From contig CAVYXA010000003.1 in the NCBI GenBank assembly GCA_963772365.1, positions 640,001-704,000 on the forward strand: 64,000 bases of DNA, given 5' to 3'. The notes beneath the pieces are model-generated. The model was not told the DNA's origin and did no database searches. It saw only the letters and a program-made list of their open reading frames with translations. The stretch's first letter is position 1; each line of letters opens with the position of its first letter. Below are positions 1 to 10,306 of the stretch, piece after piece. This DNA comes from an uncultured Verrucomicrobiae bacterium. Its GTDB lineage: Bacteria > Verrucomicrobiota > Verrucomicrobiia > Chthoniobacterales > UBA10450. The translations under genes and the position numbers were made by a program.

Positions 1-66
1 CGCGGCCAAAGCAAATGCCAGCGTTGATAAAGTTACTGCCAGAATACTGATGTGTTTGATTTTCAT
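1..66 (-). CDS. 5' end of a secreted protein, cut by the window edge
   Basis: ATG at 66 reads MKIKHISILAVTLSTLAFALAA, a signal-peptide-like N-terminus running off the window. Confidence 0.6.
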   Translation of the reverse strand, partial: MKIKHISILAVTLSTLAFALAA

Positions 67-241
67 TGGTGTTGCCCTCCGCATTGATTTGATTTTGTCA
101 GCGGCGGTCCGTCGCTCCAAGCCGGATCGAAGCTGACGTTTAAGCATCGTTCGATTCTAATCCAAAACGCAGTTCCCTGCACCGAAATCCTTTGATGATT
201 CGCCGGTTGCAGGGAGAAGCATGCTTCGCAGGTTCACTGGC

Positions 242-1102
242 ATGAGGATATTTCACGATCCACGCTGCACGGAATATTCGATGCCTGGCCATCCGGAACG
301 GCCGGCAAGAATTACGAACACAGTTCCCGTGTTACAAGATCGACATCGAACGTGGGAATGGCGTCGACCAAAGCCGGCCAGTGAACGGACGTTGCTTCGA
401 GCGCACTCGCCGGAGCATATCGCGCGAATCAAATCGCCGGACCGGGATTTCGATGCTGACACGCCAGCTTATCCTCACATCTGCGAGCACGCGCTGCGTT
501 CGGCCGGCGCGGCGGTCGATTCCGCGGAGGCGGCGCTAAAAGGAGATCGCGCCATTAGCTTGATGCGTCCGCCTGGACATCATGCCACGCGAGATCGTGC
601 GATGGGTTTTTGCTATTTCAGCAATATCGCAATTGCCGCTTTTCACACCTTGGAGCATGGCGCACAGCGAGTGGCCATCTGGGATTTCGATGCGCATCAC
701 GGAAATGGCACCGAAGCTATCGTCGCTAATCATCCTCAGATCGCGTTTGCCTCCATCCATCAATTTCCGGCGTATCCCGGCACAGGCGCAAAATCATTTG
801 CGAACATCGACAATTATCCGGTCTCGCCGTATACGCCGCGCGAACAGCATGTCGATGTTGCCGAGCTCGCTTTAAATAAACTGCTGGGATTCGAGCCCGA
901 CCTGCTTCTGGTTTCCGCGGGATTCGACGCTTACAAAGGTGATCCACTGGTCCAGATGACGCTCGAAACGGAAGATTTCGCCAAGTTCGGCGAATGGCTC
1001 CGTAGGATCGACATTCCTGCGGCTGCAATACTCGAAGGCGGTTACAGCGATGATCTCCCCGAATTGATCGACGCGTTTTTGACGAGTTGGTCCGGCCAAT
1101 AG
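242..1102 (+). CDS. Histone deacetylase family protein (AcuC/AphA-like)
   Basis: Motifs GHPERPARI, RPPGHHA, GFCYFSN, DFDAHHGNGT, SAGFDA, LEGGY; alternative start at 221. Confidence 0.93.
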   Translation: MRIFHDPRCTEYSMPGHPERPARITNTVPVLQDRHRTWEWRRPKPASERTLLRAHSPEHIARIKSPDRDFDADTPAYPHICEHALRSAGAAVDSAEAALKGDRAISLMRPPGHHATRDRAMGFCYFSNIAIAAFHTLEHGAQRVAIWDFDAHHGNGTEAIVANHPQIAFASIHQFPAYPGTGAKSFANIDNYPVSPYTPREQHVDVAELALNKLLGFEPDLLLVSAGFDAYKGDPLVQMTLETEDFAKFGEWLRRIDIPAAAILEGGYSDDLPELIDAFLTSWSGQ

Positions 1103-1122
1103 ATAGTCCAAGCTCACGAAAG

Positions 1123-1196
1123 CGGGCTGTAGTTCAGCTTGGTAGAACGCTTGAATGGGGTTCAAGAGGTCGTGGGTTCAAATCCCGCCAGCCCGA
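1123..1196 (+). tRNA. tRNA-Pro (GGG)
   Basis: Cloverleaf CGGGCTG...CAGCCCG-A; anticodon stem CTTGA/TCAAG with loop ATGGGGT; T-loop GGTTCAAATCC; CCA not encoded. Confidence 0.95.
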
Positions 1197-1203
1197 CATT
1201 CTT

Positions 1204-1271
1204 TGTAGCGGCGCTCTATGAGCGTCGGCGTTTTGGCGGCAAGTTTGCGACGGTCACAGACCGCCGCTACA
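1204..1271. repeat. GTAG-type REP-like inverted repeat
   Basis: TGTAGCGGCG...CGCCGCTACA arms; relatives at 16160-16229 and 53498-53547. Confidence 0.75.
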
Positions 1272-1278
1272 GGAAAGC

Positions 1279-2403
1279 ATGCTCAGTGCTGGAATTGTTG
1301 GCCTGCCGAACGTCGGAAAGTCCACACTCTTTAACGCCGTTACCCGCACTCACAAAGCGCCGGCGGAAAATTATCCGTTTTGTACGATCGATCCGAATGT
1401 CGGGGTTGTGATTGTGCCCGACCCGCGGCTGCAAAAGCTGGCCGAGATGTCGCATTCGCAAAAAATCGTGCCGACGGCGATCGAGTTCGTTGACATCGCC
1501 GGTCTGGTCAAAGGCGCGAGCACCGGCGAAGGATTGGGCAATCAATTCCTCAGCCACATCCGCGAGGTGGACGCGATCGTGCAGGTAGTCCGCTGCTTTG
1601 AAAGCGACGATATCCATCACGTCGCCGGCACAATTGATCCCATTCGTGATATCGAGGTGATCAATACCGAGCTGGTTCTCGCCGATTTGGCGTCGCTTCA
1701 AAAACGACATGACCGCTTGCAGAAAGAAGTTCGCGCCGGTGAAAAGACCGCAAAGATCGAGAATGGCATTGCCGAAAAACTGTTGCCGCATCTTGATGCA
1801 GGGAAACCGGCGATTACCGCTGACCTGACTCCGGAAGAGCAATCGATCATGCGCGGTTTTTTCCTGCTCACATCGAAACCAACGATTTTCGCCTGCAATG
1901 TCGCCGAATCCGATTTGGGCGCGGTGGCATCAGGCAAGATCGACAATGTCGCTGCCAGTCACGTCAATCTCGTGCGCGATTATGCGCGGCATCATTTTGG
2001 GACGGAGGCAGTCGTGATCAGCGCGCAAATTGAAAGTGAACTTGTCGATCTCGGAGAACAAGAATCGCGCGAATACTTGAGCGGATTAGGAATCAAAGAG
2101 AGCGGAATGAATGAATTGATTCGCTCGGTCTATCATCTGCTTGGCCTGTGCACATTCCTCACGACGGGAGAAAAAGAAACTCGGGCGTGGACGATTCACG
2201 CCGGGGATAAAGCGCCTGCCGCGGCTGGAGTGATACATTCCGATTTCGAGCGCGGTTTCATTGCGGCCGAAACGATTCATTACGATGACCTGGTCGGCCT
2301 CGGATCTTTCGCGAAAGCGCGTGAGGCGGGGAAGCTCCGGATCGAAGGCAAAGATTACGAAGTGCGCGATGGCGATGTGATCTCCTTCCGATTCAATGTC
2401 TGA
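1279..2403 (+). CDS. ychF: Redox-regulated ATPase YchF
   Basis: [50 protein letters not shown] tail [15 protein letters not shown]. Confidence 0.98.
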   Translation: MLSAGIVGLPNVGKSTLFNAVTRTHKAPAENYPFCTIDPNVGVVIVPDPRLQKLAEMSHSQKIVPTAIEFVDIAGLVKGASTGEGLGNQFLSHIREVDAIVQVVRCFESDDIHHVAGTIDPIRDIEVINTELVLADLASLQKRHDRLQKEVRAGEKTAKIENGIAEKLLPHLDAGKPAITADLTPEEQSIMRGFFLLTSKPTIFACNVAESDLGAVASGKIDNVAASHVNLVRDYARHHFGTEAVVISAQIESELVDLGEQESREYLSGLGIKESGMNELIRSVYHLLGLCTFLTTGEKETRAWTIHAGDKAPAAAGVIHSDFERGFIAAETIHYDDLVGLGSFAKAREAGKLRIEGKDYEVRDGDVISFRFNV

Positions 2404-2485
2404 GCCCTACGAAGGGCCGCTTGTTGCCGGCATTTGCTTGCATGCGGTAACGGGCGCGGGCCCGGCCTCCTTGTGATTTTCGGCG

Positions 2486-3010
2486 GTGGGAGTAACTTCG
2501 CCGGTGCGAATTTTTGCGCCAATGAGACGCAGCAGTTTTGCGGCGCCCGAGGCATTTACGGTGCTCGAGATTGTCATTGCCGTGGCCATCATCATGCTGA
2601 TGCTGGTTTTGGCGATGCCAAGCTTAAAAGGTGTGCTGGACGACCAGCGGCTGCGGCGTTCTTTGGATGGATTCAATGCGCTTGTGCTCAAAGCTCAGGA
2701 ACGCAGCGTGACTGAACACAGGTCATATTTAATTGTGTGGCAGAAAGATGCGGTGGTCTTGCGTCCCGAGGCGTTCGGCCGCGATGAAGAGGAAAAAGAT
2801 ACTGCCGAACTTAACCTTGGCAGGGGCGAAGCTTTGAAACTCTCGTTACCTGCGGCATTAACGAAAGATCCACCGGGAGAGTGGATTTTCTGGCCGTCGG
2901 GTAATTGCGAGCCGGCAGTTATCGAATTCACCGGAGGCAACGGCACCTGGACGGCAAAATATTCCCCGCTGACAGCACGTCCGGAGATAACGAAGTATGT
3001 CGCTCGTTAG
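2486..3010 (+). CDS. Type II secretion minor pseudopilin (GspH/FimT-like)
   Basis: Prepilin motif AFTVLEIVIAVAII with E5; first gene of a pseudopilin run; start may be 2522. Confidence 0.8.
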   Translation: MGVTSPVRIFAPMRRSSFAAPEAFTVLEIVIAVAIIMLMLVLAMPSLKGVLDDQRLRRSLDGFNALVLKAQERSVTEHRSYLIVWQKDAVVLRPEAFGRDEEEKDTAELNLGRGEALKLSLPAALTKDPPGEWIFWPSGNCEPAVIEFTGGNGTWTAKYSPLTARPEITKYVAR

Positions 3011-3467
3011 GGGTATCGACATGGAGAATTGCATTTATGAAATTACGAAATTGCGCTGCTCCAGTTTGCGGCATCGGCGCTCCAGGCGATTGGGTTTTGC
3101 CCTTTATGAAGTTCTGATTGGCCTCACGATCTTTGTAGTCGGCGTCTTCGCGCTTGGACGTGCGGTGCAAAATTGCCTCAACGCGAGCAGCCTCAGCGCG
3201 GAGGAAGTGCGTGTCAGCGAGATTCTGGCCAATCGAATGGCCGAAGTGCAAGCTAGGCCAGGGCCTCCCGATCCATCCAAGCAATTCAAGATCGACACCG
3301 GTTACGGTTTTGTGACCCTGAACCAGAAAAGTGCACCGGCAAAGTTGACGGAGTCGGACAACGCAATTCTCGCCGGGATCGATCTGGTAACGTTAACAGT
3401 GGCCTGGGAGAAAAATGGCATCAAGCAATCGAAGCAAATTGAGTTTTATGTTTACCGGCCGAGTTAA
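2997..3467 (+). CDS. Minor pseudopilin (GspI-like)
   Basis: Prepilin motif GFALYEVLIGLTIF; start uncertain. Confidence 0.75.
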   Translation: MSLVRGIDMENCIYEITKLRCSSLRHRRSRRLGFALYEVLIGLTIFVVGVFALGRAVQNCLNASSLSAEEVRVSEILANRMAEVQARPGPPDPSKQFKIDTGYGFVTLNQKSAPAKLTESDNAILAGIDLVTLTVAWEKNGIKQSKQIEFYVYRPS

Positions 3468-4078
3468 TTGGAAACGACCGGGCGCTTTTACGCTCCTCGA
3501 AGTGACGCTGGCCGTGTTGATCCTCGGCCTCATGTCTTTGGCGGTGTACCGTTTTGTCCAATCCAATCTCATCGCCATGCGAGCCTCCTCCGAGGTGAAC
3601 ACCGCGGACGCGCGCTACGATGGTTTGCGCGATTTATTGCTGTCGCAGTGGCAAAGTCTTCCTCCTGGAAAAGGGGCGATGATCGGAGAACCGGCCAAGC
3701 TCAATGACAGGCCAAGGGATGAAATTCGATGGATCTCTGGAGCGGGCGCGGGATTGCTCACCCGATACGCGCCGGGCGATTTCGACGTTTGGTTGCGCAT
3801 CCAACCAGAAGCCAAAGACAAGGACCAATTCGATCTCGGGCTGTTACGCCGGCCTCGAAACGAGCCGGGCAATTGGGCACGAACACGATACCTGGGTACC
3901 CTTAATTAAGGACGTGACCAGTTTGGAGATTCATTATTTTGATCCACGACTCAATATCTGGGTGGAAAAATGGAGTGACACGCTGCTTTTGCCACGGCTC
4001 GTAAAAGTGACCATACAACGCCCGGACGCGCCGGTTCCGTGGGAGATGGTTGTTCCGTTAGGCAGAACGCCGTATTAG
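3468..4078 (+). CDS. Minor pseudopilin (GspJ-like), frameshifted near 3870
   Basis: GAFTLLEVTLAV in ORF 3415..3909; C-terminal WVEKW...LPRLVKVTI in ORF 3704..4078. Confidence 0.75.
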
Positions 4079-4079
4079 A

Positions 4080-5010
4080 ATGTTTATGATGCCTCAGAAG
4101 AGACAGGCTCGAAATGCGCGAAATCGTGGCGCGGCAATCATGCTGGCGTTATGGGCGCTATTTTTGCTGAGCGCTATGGTAATCTCGTGGGCCCTCGATA
4201 TTGATTCGCGGTTGTCGCTTGCCGGAAACGCCAACCGCAAGCTGGAAGCAGAAGCGATGGCGTGTTCTGGTGCTGAGATTGCTTTCCATCCGTTGGTTAA
4301 AGCTGGCTCGCCAAATCTGAGTCGCGATATGGGAAGCGGAAAAAGCTATGAGGCGCATATTACCGGCGAAGGCGGCCGCTTGAACATCAACTGGCTCCTG
4401 GCTGGCGAGAACCCGGCTCACATCGAGGTGCTTCGCCGATATCTCGAGAACAAGGGGATTGATCTCAATGAACGCGATCACATGATCGATTGTCTGCTGG
4501 ACTGGGTGGATCCTGATAACCTTGTGCGACTAAACGGCGCGGAAGTGAATGAAAATTATCAACCGGCAAATACATTGCTCACACGACTCGATGATCTGAA
4601 AAAAGTGAAAGGCTGGGCTAAATTTACCGCAGTTCCCGGATGGGACGACGAGCTTACCCTGAACAGTTCCGGCCCAATCGATGTTGCCTGGGCATCGCGC
4701 GACGTATTGCTTGCTCTGCCCGGTATGACCGAGGGAATGGTGGACCGGTTCCTGGAATTGCGCCGGGGGCCCGACGGCATCGATGGCACATCTGATGATA
4801 CAACGTTCCAGAGCCTTAATGAGGTGCGGGCAGTGCGTCTGAGTCTTTCCGAGGAGCAATTTAGAGAAATCGCGAGCCTTGATCGGGTTCAAAGATCAGG
4901 TTTTTCGTGTCGTGAGCGTCGGAAAATCGGGCGATGAAAGGCGAACTGTCCAGTTGGTTTTTCGCCGAAACGGTCCTGTTCCTCAATTGATTACCTGGAG
5001 GGAATTTTGA
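4080..5010 (+). CDS. gspK: Type II secretion protein GspK, frameshifted near the 3' end
   Basis: GAAIMLALW lacking E5 (typical of GspK), GEGGRLNIN, DCLLDWVDPD; shifted frame ends ITWREF* at 5010. Confidence 0.85.
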
Positions 5011-6248
5011 CCACCGATCCCGCGGCCACACCCATTTTCATATTGCCAACGGCGCACGGCTGGAATTTTTTGCGTTCGCTCGATCGCAATGGCACCTGGG
5101 ACGTGCAGACGCTTCGTTCTTTGGATGAAGCCGTCCCGCTTTTGAGTGCACAGGATAATTTTGTTCTCGGTCTTCCAGTTTCCGCTGTGCTCGCTCAACG
5201 TATCCATTTGCCGAGCGCCGATCCGAGCGAATTTGCGGAGATGGTCCGTTTGCAAGTTGAAAAGGCGCTGCCGTTTTCGCCGGAAGAAGTCACGACCGAT
5301 TTTGAAGTGATTGAGCAGAATGAAACAGGCAGCGTTGTCTCTGCCGTAGCGGTTCGCAACGAACAATTGGCCGAGCTGGCGGCACCGTTGCTGGACCGCG
5401 GCTACATCCCGCGCCAGGTAACGGTTTACGCTGCCCAGCGCGCCAGCACCCGTGCTCCGCAAGGCAATGCACTTCTCATTTATCCCGAAGGGGAAAATCT
5501 TGTCTCCGCTGTCACTGAAAACGGCAAGATCAGTCTGGCCCGAACTATGGAGGGTGTAGATCCCGAGCATCTGCAGATGGAATTGCCCCAACTGACACTG
5601 AGCGCGGAGTTGCAGGGGATCAATGCCGCCTTCCCAAATGTGTTCTTGGATGAAACCTGTTATGACCTCCGCGATACGGTCCAGGGAATCGTCTCCAGTC
5701 TTCCTGAAATTGTTGGGGTGGAAAAACCGCCTGCCCAGGTCAAACTCAATCTTCTGCCCGCGAGCTGGCGCCGCCGGCGTCTCCAGCTGGAAAGGTTTGG
5801 TGAATGGCGCAAACGGTTAATCTGGGCCGGGGCGGTATACGCTGGAATCTTTCTCATCCTGCTGCTTGCGCTTGGTTTCTTTCGGCTGCGGATTGGCCAG
5901 CTGAATCGGGCGATCACGCGCGACGAGCCACAAATCGAATTTGTGCGTGGCGCGGAAGCAGATTGGAAAGCGCTCGCACCGGCTATCGACTCCCGTTATT
6001 ACCCGGTGGAAATTTTGCTGCATCTTTTCGAGAGTCTTCCATCAAAGGAAGTTCACATTACTTCTTACAATCAATCGGCTCGCCAGGTTTCTGTCGATGG
6101 TGAAGCAAACACCGCTCAGCTCGCCTACGATTTTGCCGAGGTAGTGAAGAAGAACAAAGGCCTGCACATCTTTCAGTTTAGCATGGGCGATCCGCGAATT
6201 CTGCCCAACGGCCATGCCCAATTCCGATTGGAAGGACGACCTCGATGA
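5007..6248 (+). CDS. GspL/PilM-PilN-like assembly platform protein
   Basis: Actin-like N-region (QVEKALPFSPEE), LNLLP motif, one TM helix, PilN-like C-terminus; position in operon. Confidence 0.75.
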   Translation: MTTDPAATPIFILPTAHGWNFLRSLDRNGTWDVQTLRSLDEAVPLLSAQDNFVLGLPVSAVLAQRIHLPSADPSEFAEMVRLQVEKALPFSPEEVTTDFEVIEQNETGSVVSAVAVRNEQLAELAAPLLDRGYIPRQVTVYAAQRASTRAPQGNALLIYPEGENLVSAVTENGKISLARTMEGVDPEHLQMELPQLTLSAELQGINAAFPNVFLDETCYDLRDTVQGIVSSLPEIVGVEKPPAQVKLNLLPASWRRRRLQLERFGEWRKRLIWAGAVYAGIFLILLLALGFFRLRIGQLNRAITRDEPQIEFVRGAEADWKALAPAIDSRYYPVEILLHLFESLPSKEVHITSYNQSARQVSVDGEANTAQLAYDFAEVVKKNKGLHIFQFSMGDPRILPNGHAQFRLEGRPR

Positions 6249-6808
6249 CACTGACTGCCTGGTATAAACGGCTGAGCCGCCGCGAACGGATCCTTCTGGT
6301 CGCGGTGGTCGGGGTTGTGTTTCTCTTGTTCAATCTCATGATCTGGAACTGGCTCTTTGGCGCCTTGGGCCGTGCGCGCGCCGAGCTCACAGAGAAAAAG
6401 TCGATCCGCACTCAGCAGACTATCTACATGAAAGAGCGTGACATGTGGGCCAAGCGCGATGAATGGGTCCGAAAAAATCAGCCAGCCCTAAGCGGGCCGG
6501 GCGAGGCATCCAAACTCCTCGAAGAGCAAATCAAACCTCTCGCGGCCAAATATGAGGTTTTGATTGAAAATCCTCAGATCGGCTCCGGCGAAGCCACACC
6601 TGCTCATCAAACCGTTTACAACTCAGTCGAATCCAAGAGTGATTGGCCAAACCTGGTGCATTTTCTTTATGATTTACAGCAGCCCCAAAAATTCATTGTG
6701 TTCGAGAATGTGACTCTTTCAGTGGACACGACTGACGCGACGGTGATGCGCGGCAGATTCAAGATCGCCCGCTGGTTTGCGCCGGCGCAGCGCACAAAGA
6801 AAAGATAG
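6245..6808 (+). CDS. GspM/PilO-like protein
   Basis: LSRRERILL plus TM helix, coiled coil, ferredoxin-like tail; follows GspL. Confidence 0.75.
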   Translation: MTLTAWYKRLSRRERILLVAVVGVVFLLFNLMIWNWLFGALGRARAELTEKKSIRTQQTIYMKERDMWAKRDEWVRKNQPALSGPGEASKLLEEQIKPLAAKYEVLIENPQIGSGEATPAHQTVYNSVESKSDWPNLVHFLYDLQQPQKFIVFENVTLSVDTTDATVMRGRFKIARWFAPAQRTKKR

Positions 6809-6810
6809 TT

Positions 6811-7434
6811 ATGGGGCGTGCTTTTGTTCTGATGTCGATCCTGTTCTTCGCCGGCGTGATGTCCGCTCCGGCTGAAGAGGTAATTCCCCAGCGGCTCGAA
6901 TTCAAGCGGTACGAGCCGATGCTAAAACGATCGCCGTTTGCTGTCGCTACTGCGCCAATGCCTGCAGCGGCTGCGCCATCCTGGTCAAAAGATCTTTACG
7001 TTGCGAATGCCGCTCATACGCCGTCGGTCGATATGGTGACGGTCATGTCTTTGTCGGATAAAGGCATGAAAGAATATCTTACCACGGAAGGGCCTAACCA
7101 GACGGGGTACGCCATTGCGAATATTGAATGGTCGGATACTCCCGGCGAGACCAAGGTGACGATCAGCAAGAGCGGGCAATTCGCGACGATTGGGTTCAAT
7201 GAAGCGTTGTTGCAGGAGAACGCGCACACCTCTGCGACGATGCCGTCACCGATGGTCAAACCAAGACCACCCTTCAATCGATACCCGCAACCCGTTCAGG
7301 GATTTCCTGCTCCACACACGCGGGGAGTCATTCCTCGTAATCCTTCCGGCGTGAAGAGTCCCTTCTTCAATCCACCACAAACCGTCGCTCCAGTTAACCA
7401 GGAGCCTCCGCCTACGCCGCCGCCCGGTCAGTAA
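6811..7434 (+). CDS. Exported Pro-rich protein, possibly GspC-like
   Basis: Signal/TM N-terminus, RSPF motif, Pro-rich tail; last gene of the + strand T2SS run. Confidence 0.5.
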   Translation: MGRAFVLMSILFFAGVMSAPAEEVIPQRLEFKRYEPMLKRSPFAVATAPMPAAAAPSWSKDLYVANAAHTPSVDMVTVMSLSDKGMKEYLTTEGPNQTGYAIANIEWSDTPGETKVTISKSGQFATIGFNEALLQENAHTSATMPSPMVKPRPPFNRYPQPVQGFPAPHTRGVIPRNPSGVKSPFFNPPQTVAPVNQEPPPTPPPGQ

Positions 7435-7471
7435 ACGCGGTTCCGCTAAGATGGACAACCGTTTGGCGCTC

Positions 7472-7888
7472 TTATTCGCCCCAAACGTCATCCGGCGTAT
7501 CCGGTTTCCGGTCTGGTCCAGCAGAATGCAAGTCGTAACTGTCCGGGTGCTTGATTCCGGGAGACTTGTAGAGATACTCGCTTTGCCAGGGATCCTTCGG
7601 AACGTCTTTGAACAATTGGTACCACCGGTTCGGGACCGGCTCGCTTTGAGGTTTGGTCACCAGCGCTTGTAATCCCTGCTCTGTGGTCGGGTAAAATCCA
7701 TTCATGCTTTCGTAAAGCTTCAGCTGCGTGCCTATCGATTGCACATCGGCGCGCACGGCGGTGTCTTTGGCAAACCCGGTTGGATTTCCAATCCGGGAAA
7801 TCGCCAGGCCCAGCAGAATCACGATGATGCTCACCACGATCATGATTTCGAGCAGCGTAAATCCGTCTTGTTTTCGTTTCGTTCTCAT
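7472..7888 (-). CDS. gspG: Type II secretion major pseudopilin GspG
   Basis: GFTLLEIMIVV, YPTTEQGLQALV, PKDPW, YDLHSAGPD. Confidence 0.95.
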   Translation of the reverse strand: MRTKRKQDGFTLLEIMIVVSIIVILLGLAISRIGNPTGFAKDTAVRADVQSIGTQLKLYESMNGFYPTTEQGLQALVTKPQSEPVPNRWYQLFKDVPKDPWQSEYLYKSPGIKHPDSYDLHSAGPDRKPDTPDDVWGE

Positions 7889-7898
7889 GTTTGTCCCG

Positions 7899-8973
7899 TC
7901 ACTTCACAGGTTGGAGCAAGTAGTCCGATTTTTCCCAGAGATACTTGAGCTGAATCTGGGTTGCCCGGATCGCCGATGCCGATCCACTGGGGCCGTTCAT
8001 GATAATCAATTCGTTGTTTCCCGGTTTCAAGCTGCTCGCTGGCACAATTTTCTGCGCCCGGAGCCATCCGGTATATTGGAAATGCATCTCTTTCATCAAC
8101 GGTTCCATTTCGCCGCGATAGCCGGGATCGGCCAGGGCCGGCAAAGCCAATGAGACAGCGCCGATGTTCTTGCCGTTCAGATAAATCTCTGGCGGCGAAT
8201 CGATCCGTGGACTGGCGATTTCGAAAGTCAGCATGGCGACGAGCGGCTGCGATTCGATTCCAAACTGAAAAATTGCCGCCTCCCGCATCTCCGGTCCGAT
8301 AGGGATCGTGTCCGCCGAAAGGGGTGCCGACTACGGTCCCGAATTGTTCGACGTCCTTCTTAGGCACGTGCAATGGCGGGACCGAAGAGAACGGCTCCGG
8401 AATGACGTCGCGATGTTCGGCGCTCAACGGATGCACGGTTTCGTCGCTGCTCATCCAATCCAGATAAGCGCCGCGCACGGTTTTCCCGTCGCCCGGGACT
8501 TCGATGTCGATGGTCGAAGCTCCCATCATCGGGATCACGACCGAATCCGAAGTGGCCACGCCAATGCCGGCCCCGAGCGGCCCAGAGCGTAACACTTGGC
8601 TTCCGGATTCATCCCAGGCGATCAGCTCTGGTTGTGCGTTTGGTTGATCGTCAAAAAAGAGCCGAAAAAAGAGGACTCTGTAATTGCCGCTCGGTCGCGC
8701 GATTCGGATGCGAAAAATACTTTTCGCGTTTCCGTTATTCGTGGTTGTGGTTGAGTTCAGGCTTACCGCTTCTACCCAGCGAGGAGCGCTTTGAGGCGTG
8801 GAATTGACGGGTAGGTGCTGGCGCAGATCGATCCAGGCACTTTCGGAGGAATTGATTGTCGATGTCGCGCGGTTGGCAGATTGGCGCAGAGCGGCGTTGA
8901 AAGCTTCTTGTGCGTAAAGCGAAGACGTTGCCCCGAGGAATAAAGCGATCCCAACCAGCCGGAAAACCATCAA
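7899..8973 (-). CDS. Secreted hypothetical protein within the T2SS operon (frameshift near 8320)
   Basis: Signal peptide; ORFs 7885..8973 and 7899..8288 join into one beta-rich protein between gspF and gspG. Confidence 0.6.
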
Positions 8974-8988
8974 GCCACCGACAGTATC

Positions 8989-10239
8989 CTAATGGGGTCG
9001 AACCTGCAAACTCTTTGTCATTTCGAACACTGCCGAGAGCACGCTATAAACCACCAGCCCGATGACAATTGCGATCAAAGCGATAATTACGGGTGGGATG
9101 AGTTGGGAAATCACCGCGCTGGTTCGATCCAACTCGCGCTCGTATACGTCGGCAATCGTCTGCATCGTATCTGCGAAGTGTCCGGTTTGTTCTCCTACCG
9201 CCATCATGTCGGTAAACAGTTCGGGGAACAATTTCTGTTCGGCCAGAGCAACCGAAAGCGTGGCGCCGTCAATGACCGCCCGGCGGACATCCGCCATTTT
9301 GACTTCGAGATAACGATTACCCGCGATTTCTGTGACCAAATCGAGCGACCGAAGCAGAGGCACTCCGTTTTGCATCAGTGTGCCGAGCGTGCGTGCAAAC
9401 TGCGCGTAATAACGGTGGCGAATTACTCGGCCGTAACCAGGAATGGGAAGACGAAAGCGATCCCACGCGATTCGTCCTTCATCTGCGCGCACAAAGGCAC
9501 GAAACGCCGCCATCCCACCCAACACAGCAAGCACGCCGACCCACCAGTAGCCCGTAAAAATATGATGAACTTGCAGAAGGATTCGCGTCGCCAATGGGAG
9601 CGTGCCGCCGGTCTGCGCCTGGGCCATAAAGCCGACCAGTTTCGGCACCATGAAGGTGATGAAAATTGTGATTAAAACCATTCCAGCTACAGCCAGAAAT
9701 GCCGGATAAATCAGCGCTTGCTGGACACGATCGCGTAGATCACGCGCTTGCGAGAGATGCTTAACAAGTCGCAGCAAAATTTCAGGCAGCGCGCCGCTCG
9801 CTTCGCCTGCCGCTACCATGTTCACATACAATGGCTGGAAAATTCTCGGAAAACCGCGCAACGCCTGCGAAAAACTGCGTCCATCGACCAGAGCCTGATG
9901 CAGACTGTGAGTCATCTGCTGGACCCGGGGCTGTTTGAGACGTTTGTCCAGGATCGACAACCCTTCGTCCAGAGTCATTCCTGCGGCGAGCAAATGGGCC
10001 AGTTGTTCCGTGAACAACAGCAGTTGGGCGTGCGGGATTTTCAGATTTTGCGTCGGCGCTGCGGCCTCCGCAGTAGCTCCATTGCGGCGAACCGCTCCTG
10101 TGCCAATGATGTCGATCTTAATTGGGATGCAGCGCTGCTGTTCGATCTGGCGGATTGCAACCGAGCGGTCTGGACAATCCAGAACTCCTTCGACGAGTGT
10201 GCCCTGTGCATCCCGCGCCCGATAAGCAAATTGCGGCAT
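8989..10239 (-). CDS. gspF: Type II secretion inner-membrane protein GspF/PilC
   Basis: FAYRARDAQG, FTEQLAHLLAAG, AGEASGAL, ALIYPAF, VGEQTG. Confidence 0.95.
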   Translation of the reverse strand: MPQFAYRARDAQGTLVEGVLDCPDRSVAIRQIEQQRCIPIKIDIIGTGAVRRNGATAEAAAPTQNLKIPHAQLLLFTEQLAHLLAAGMTLDEGLSILDKRLKQPRVQQMTHSLHQALVDGRSFSQALRGFPRIFQPLYVNMVAAGEASGALPEILLRLVKHLSQARDLRDRVQQALIYPAFLAVAGMVLITIFITFMVPKLVGFMAQAQTGGTLPLATRILLQVHHIFTGYWWVGVLAVLGGMAAFRAFVRADEGRIAWDRFRLPIPGYGRVIRHRYYAQFARTLGTLMQNGVPLLRSLDLVTEIAGNRYLEVKMADVRRAVIDGATLSVALAEQKLFPELFTDMMAVGEQTGHFADTMQTIADVYERELDRTSAVISQLIPPVIIALIAIVIGLVVYSVLSAVFEMTKSLQVRPH

Positions 10240-10306
10240 TGGGCTGAGAAGTTAATGCGAAAGCAGAAAATCCGAAACTGGAATCTGCGGGACCGCCACG
10301 AGCCCG

